Part shown: positions 62,336-64,000 of the stretch, piece after piece
Numbering within the stretch: position 1 is the first letter of the stretch
Layout of the letters: every line of letters starts with the position of its first letter
NCBI RefSeq assembly: GCF_006345805.1
Contig: NC_043019.1
Coordinates: 3,954,605-4,018,604 of the forward strand
DNA length: 64,000 nucleotides
Reading direction: 5' to 3'
From: Octopus sinensis
Lineage: Eukaryota
Notes under the pieces: model-generated
Database searches by the model: none
The model's input: only the letters and a program-made list of their open reading frames with translations
Told to the model about the DNA's origin: nothing
Made by a program: the position numbers and the translations under genes

Positions 62336-63404
62336 GTATGATATGACGATGGTGTGTAGATTTTGTCATCCCACTGATGTAGATAATATGCTTAACAGGA
62401 ATATTGAGCATTTAGCACCATTCTTTGTATATTTTGCTAAATGCTGAAGAAGTGTTTACGAGATTATATAATGTTTCTAAAGGCAATTACGTAATACTAG
62501 CAGTAATTTTCCAAAATACGTGTATGCTTTATAAAGCATGAAATTCCCTGTTTTCTATATTTTATTAACATTCTATACATATATTCATACATGCATGCAC
62601 ACATCCATATGTATGAACATATATACATATTTATGTATTTCTTTATATGTCCTCTGCATTCAGAGGTTAGAGAGGAATGAGGTTAGTATGCTCTGCTGCA
62701 TGTGCAATGTAAGTGTACATGTGCAACAGTGTGCTAGTGTGCTGAGAAAAAAATGGCTAAGAGACATTAGATGCCGTGTGCAGGAGAGAAGACTGCACTG
62801 GTTTGGTCATGTGATGAGGATAGATGTTAACAGTTCCATAAAGAAGTGCCAATAATTGAAAGTGGATGGAACTCATGGAAGAGGAAGATTTAGGAAGACA
62901 TGGGACGAAATACTGAAGGATGGCCTCGGGACACTAAACCTCGTGGAATGATGACAAAGGATCAAACCATCTGGTGCTTTGCCATACACAAGAAGATCCA
63001 TACTCCACAGCAGAAGTATTGATATTGCCTCCCCTATTCAAAGGAGTGGCCTGGAAGGACCCTGGGCCAGTGCCACATTAAGGCACCCCAGCACACACTG
63101 TAAAGTGTTGGCGTTAGGAAGAGCATCCAGCCGTAGCAACCAAGCCGAATCCAACGGCTAAGTTACAGGGACATAAACACACCAACACTAGTTTTCAAGT
63201 GTTGTTGGGAACAGAGACACAAAGATACAGACACATAGGTATATGTACATATACAACAGATTTCTTTCAGTTTCCATCAACCAAATCGCCTCACAAGGCT
63301 TTGGTCAGCCCAGAAACAAAGACCTGTCAAATCACCCAGAGGGTCAGAGGTCACTCCCTCAGATCTCCCTGAAAAAATTCAGACTAGCTCCTGTACCTAT
63401 ATGA

Positions 63405-63930
63405 TGGGAAAATATCAGGTATTAGGTCAATATCCTTGATAGTTTTGAAATTTTGGGCCTTTATGTTATTAATTAATTTTACATCTTTTCCCGAACGAGT
63501 CTCGCACAACACTTGAGAAAGTTATTATTCTTCTATTGGCAGATGAAGCACAACTTTGAAGCCATGTGTTTGGGATAGTATGAATATTTTCCCATCATGT
63601 CAAGTATTAGATCAATATCTTTGATAGTTTTGAAAATGTAGGCCTTTATATCATCAATTAATTTTACATCTTTTTTCCGAATGAGTTTTTGCTCAGTATC
63701 AACTTGAGACAGTTATTATTCTTCTAACATGGCAGCACAAAGCTTTGAAGCCATGTGTTTGGGATAGTATGAATATTTTCCCATCATGTCAAGTATTAGA
63801 TCAATATCTTTGATAGTTTTGAAAATGTAGGCCTTTATAACATCAATTAATTTTACATCTTTTTCCGAATGAGTTGCTCAGATCAACTTGAGACAGTTAT
63901 TATTCTTCTAACATGGCAAGCACAACTTTG
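63405..63930. repeat. Local triplication, period about 189 bp, in copy 3 intron 3
   Basis: Units start near 63415, 63601 and 63790; single-copy in copy 2 (30345-30490). Confidence 0.85.
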
Positions 63931-64000
63931 AGCCAAATAAGAAAGAATTGATGATTGAAGAAGAAAATTGAGAAGAAAAGAGAATTGAGATGGCAAGCAC

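Overview
AT-rich, microsatellite- and SINE-dense animal DNA. The repeat families look like Octopus, which is an inference. The window holds three recent paralogs of a spliced gene for an NLR-like STAND (NB-ARC-type) NTPase followed by TPR repeats, with almost no N-terminal domain. Copy 1 is on the minus strand: exons 1-2 lie at 4006-1427, there is a 1-nt frameshift, and the gene runs off the left edge. Copy 2 is on the plus strand: I traced nine GT-AG exons by hand from 23819 to 40015, giving 2256 nt (752 codons) with consistent phases and no stop. Its 3' end is unresolved, and a duplicated, decayed terminal-type exon sits at 46483-47347. Copy 3 is on the plus strand: exons 1-3 lie at 57844-62335, there are two frameshifts, and the gene presumably continues off the right edge. 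Each copy was duplicated together with kilobases of upstream flank, and the copies show a phylogenetic switch inside the winged-helix part of exon 2. The rest is transposon debris (mariner, maT-like, pogo-like MITE, solo LTR, Gypsy, RTE, L1/Tx1, CRE-type, Penelope-like, tRNA-derived SINEs), mini- and microsatellites, and hammerhead ribozyme motifs, one structurally intact at about 21172-21232. All alignments and counts were done by eye; no database search was run. Several frameshifts may be assembly errors.
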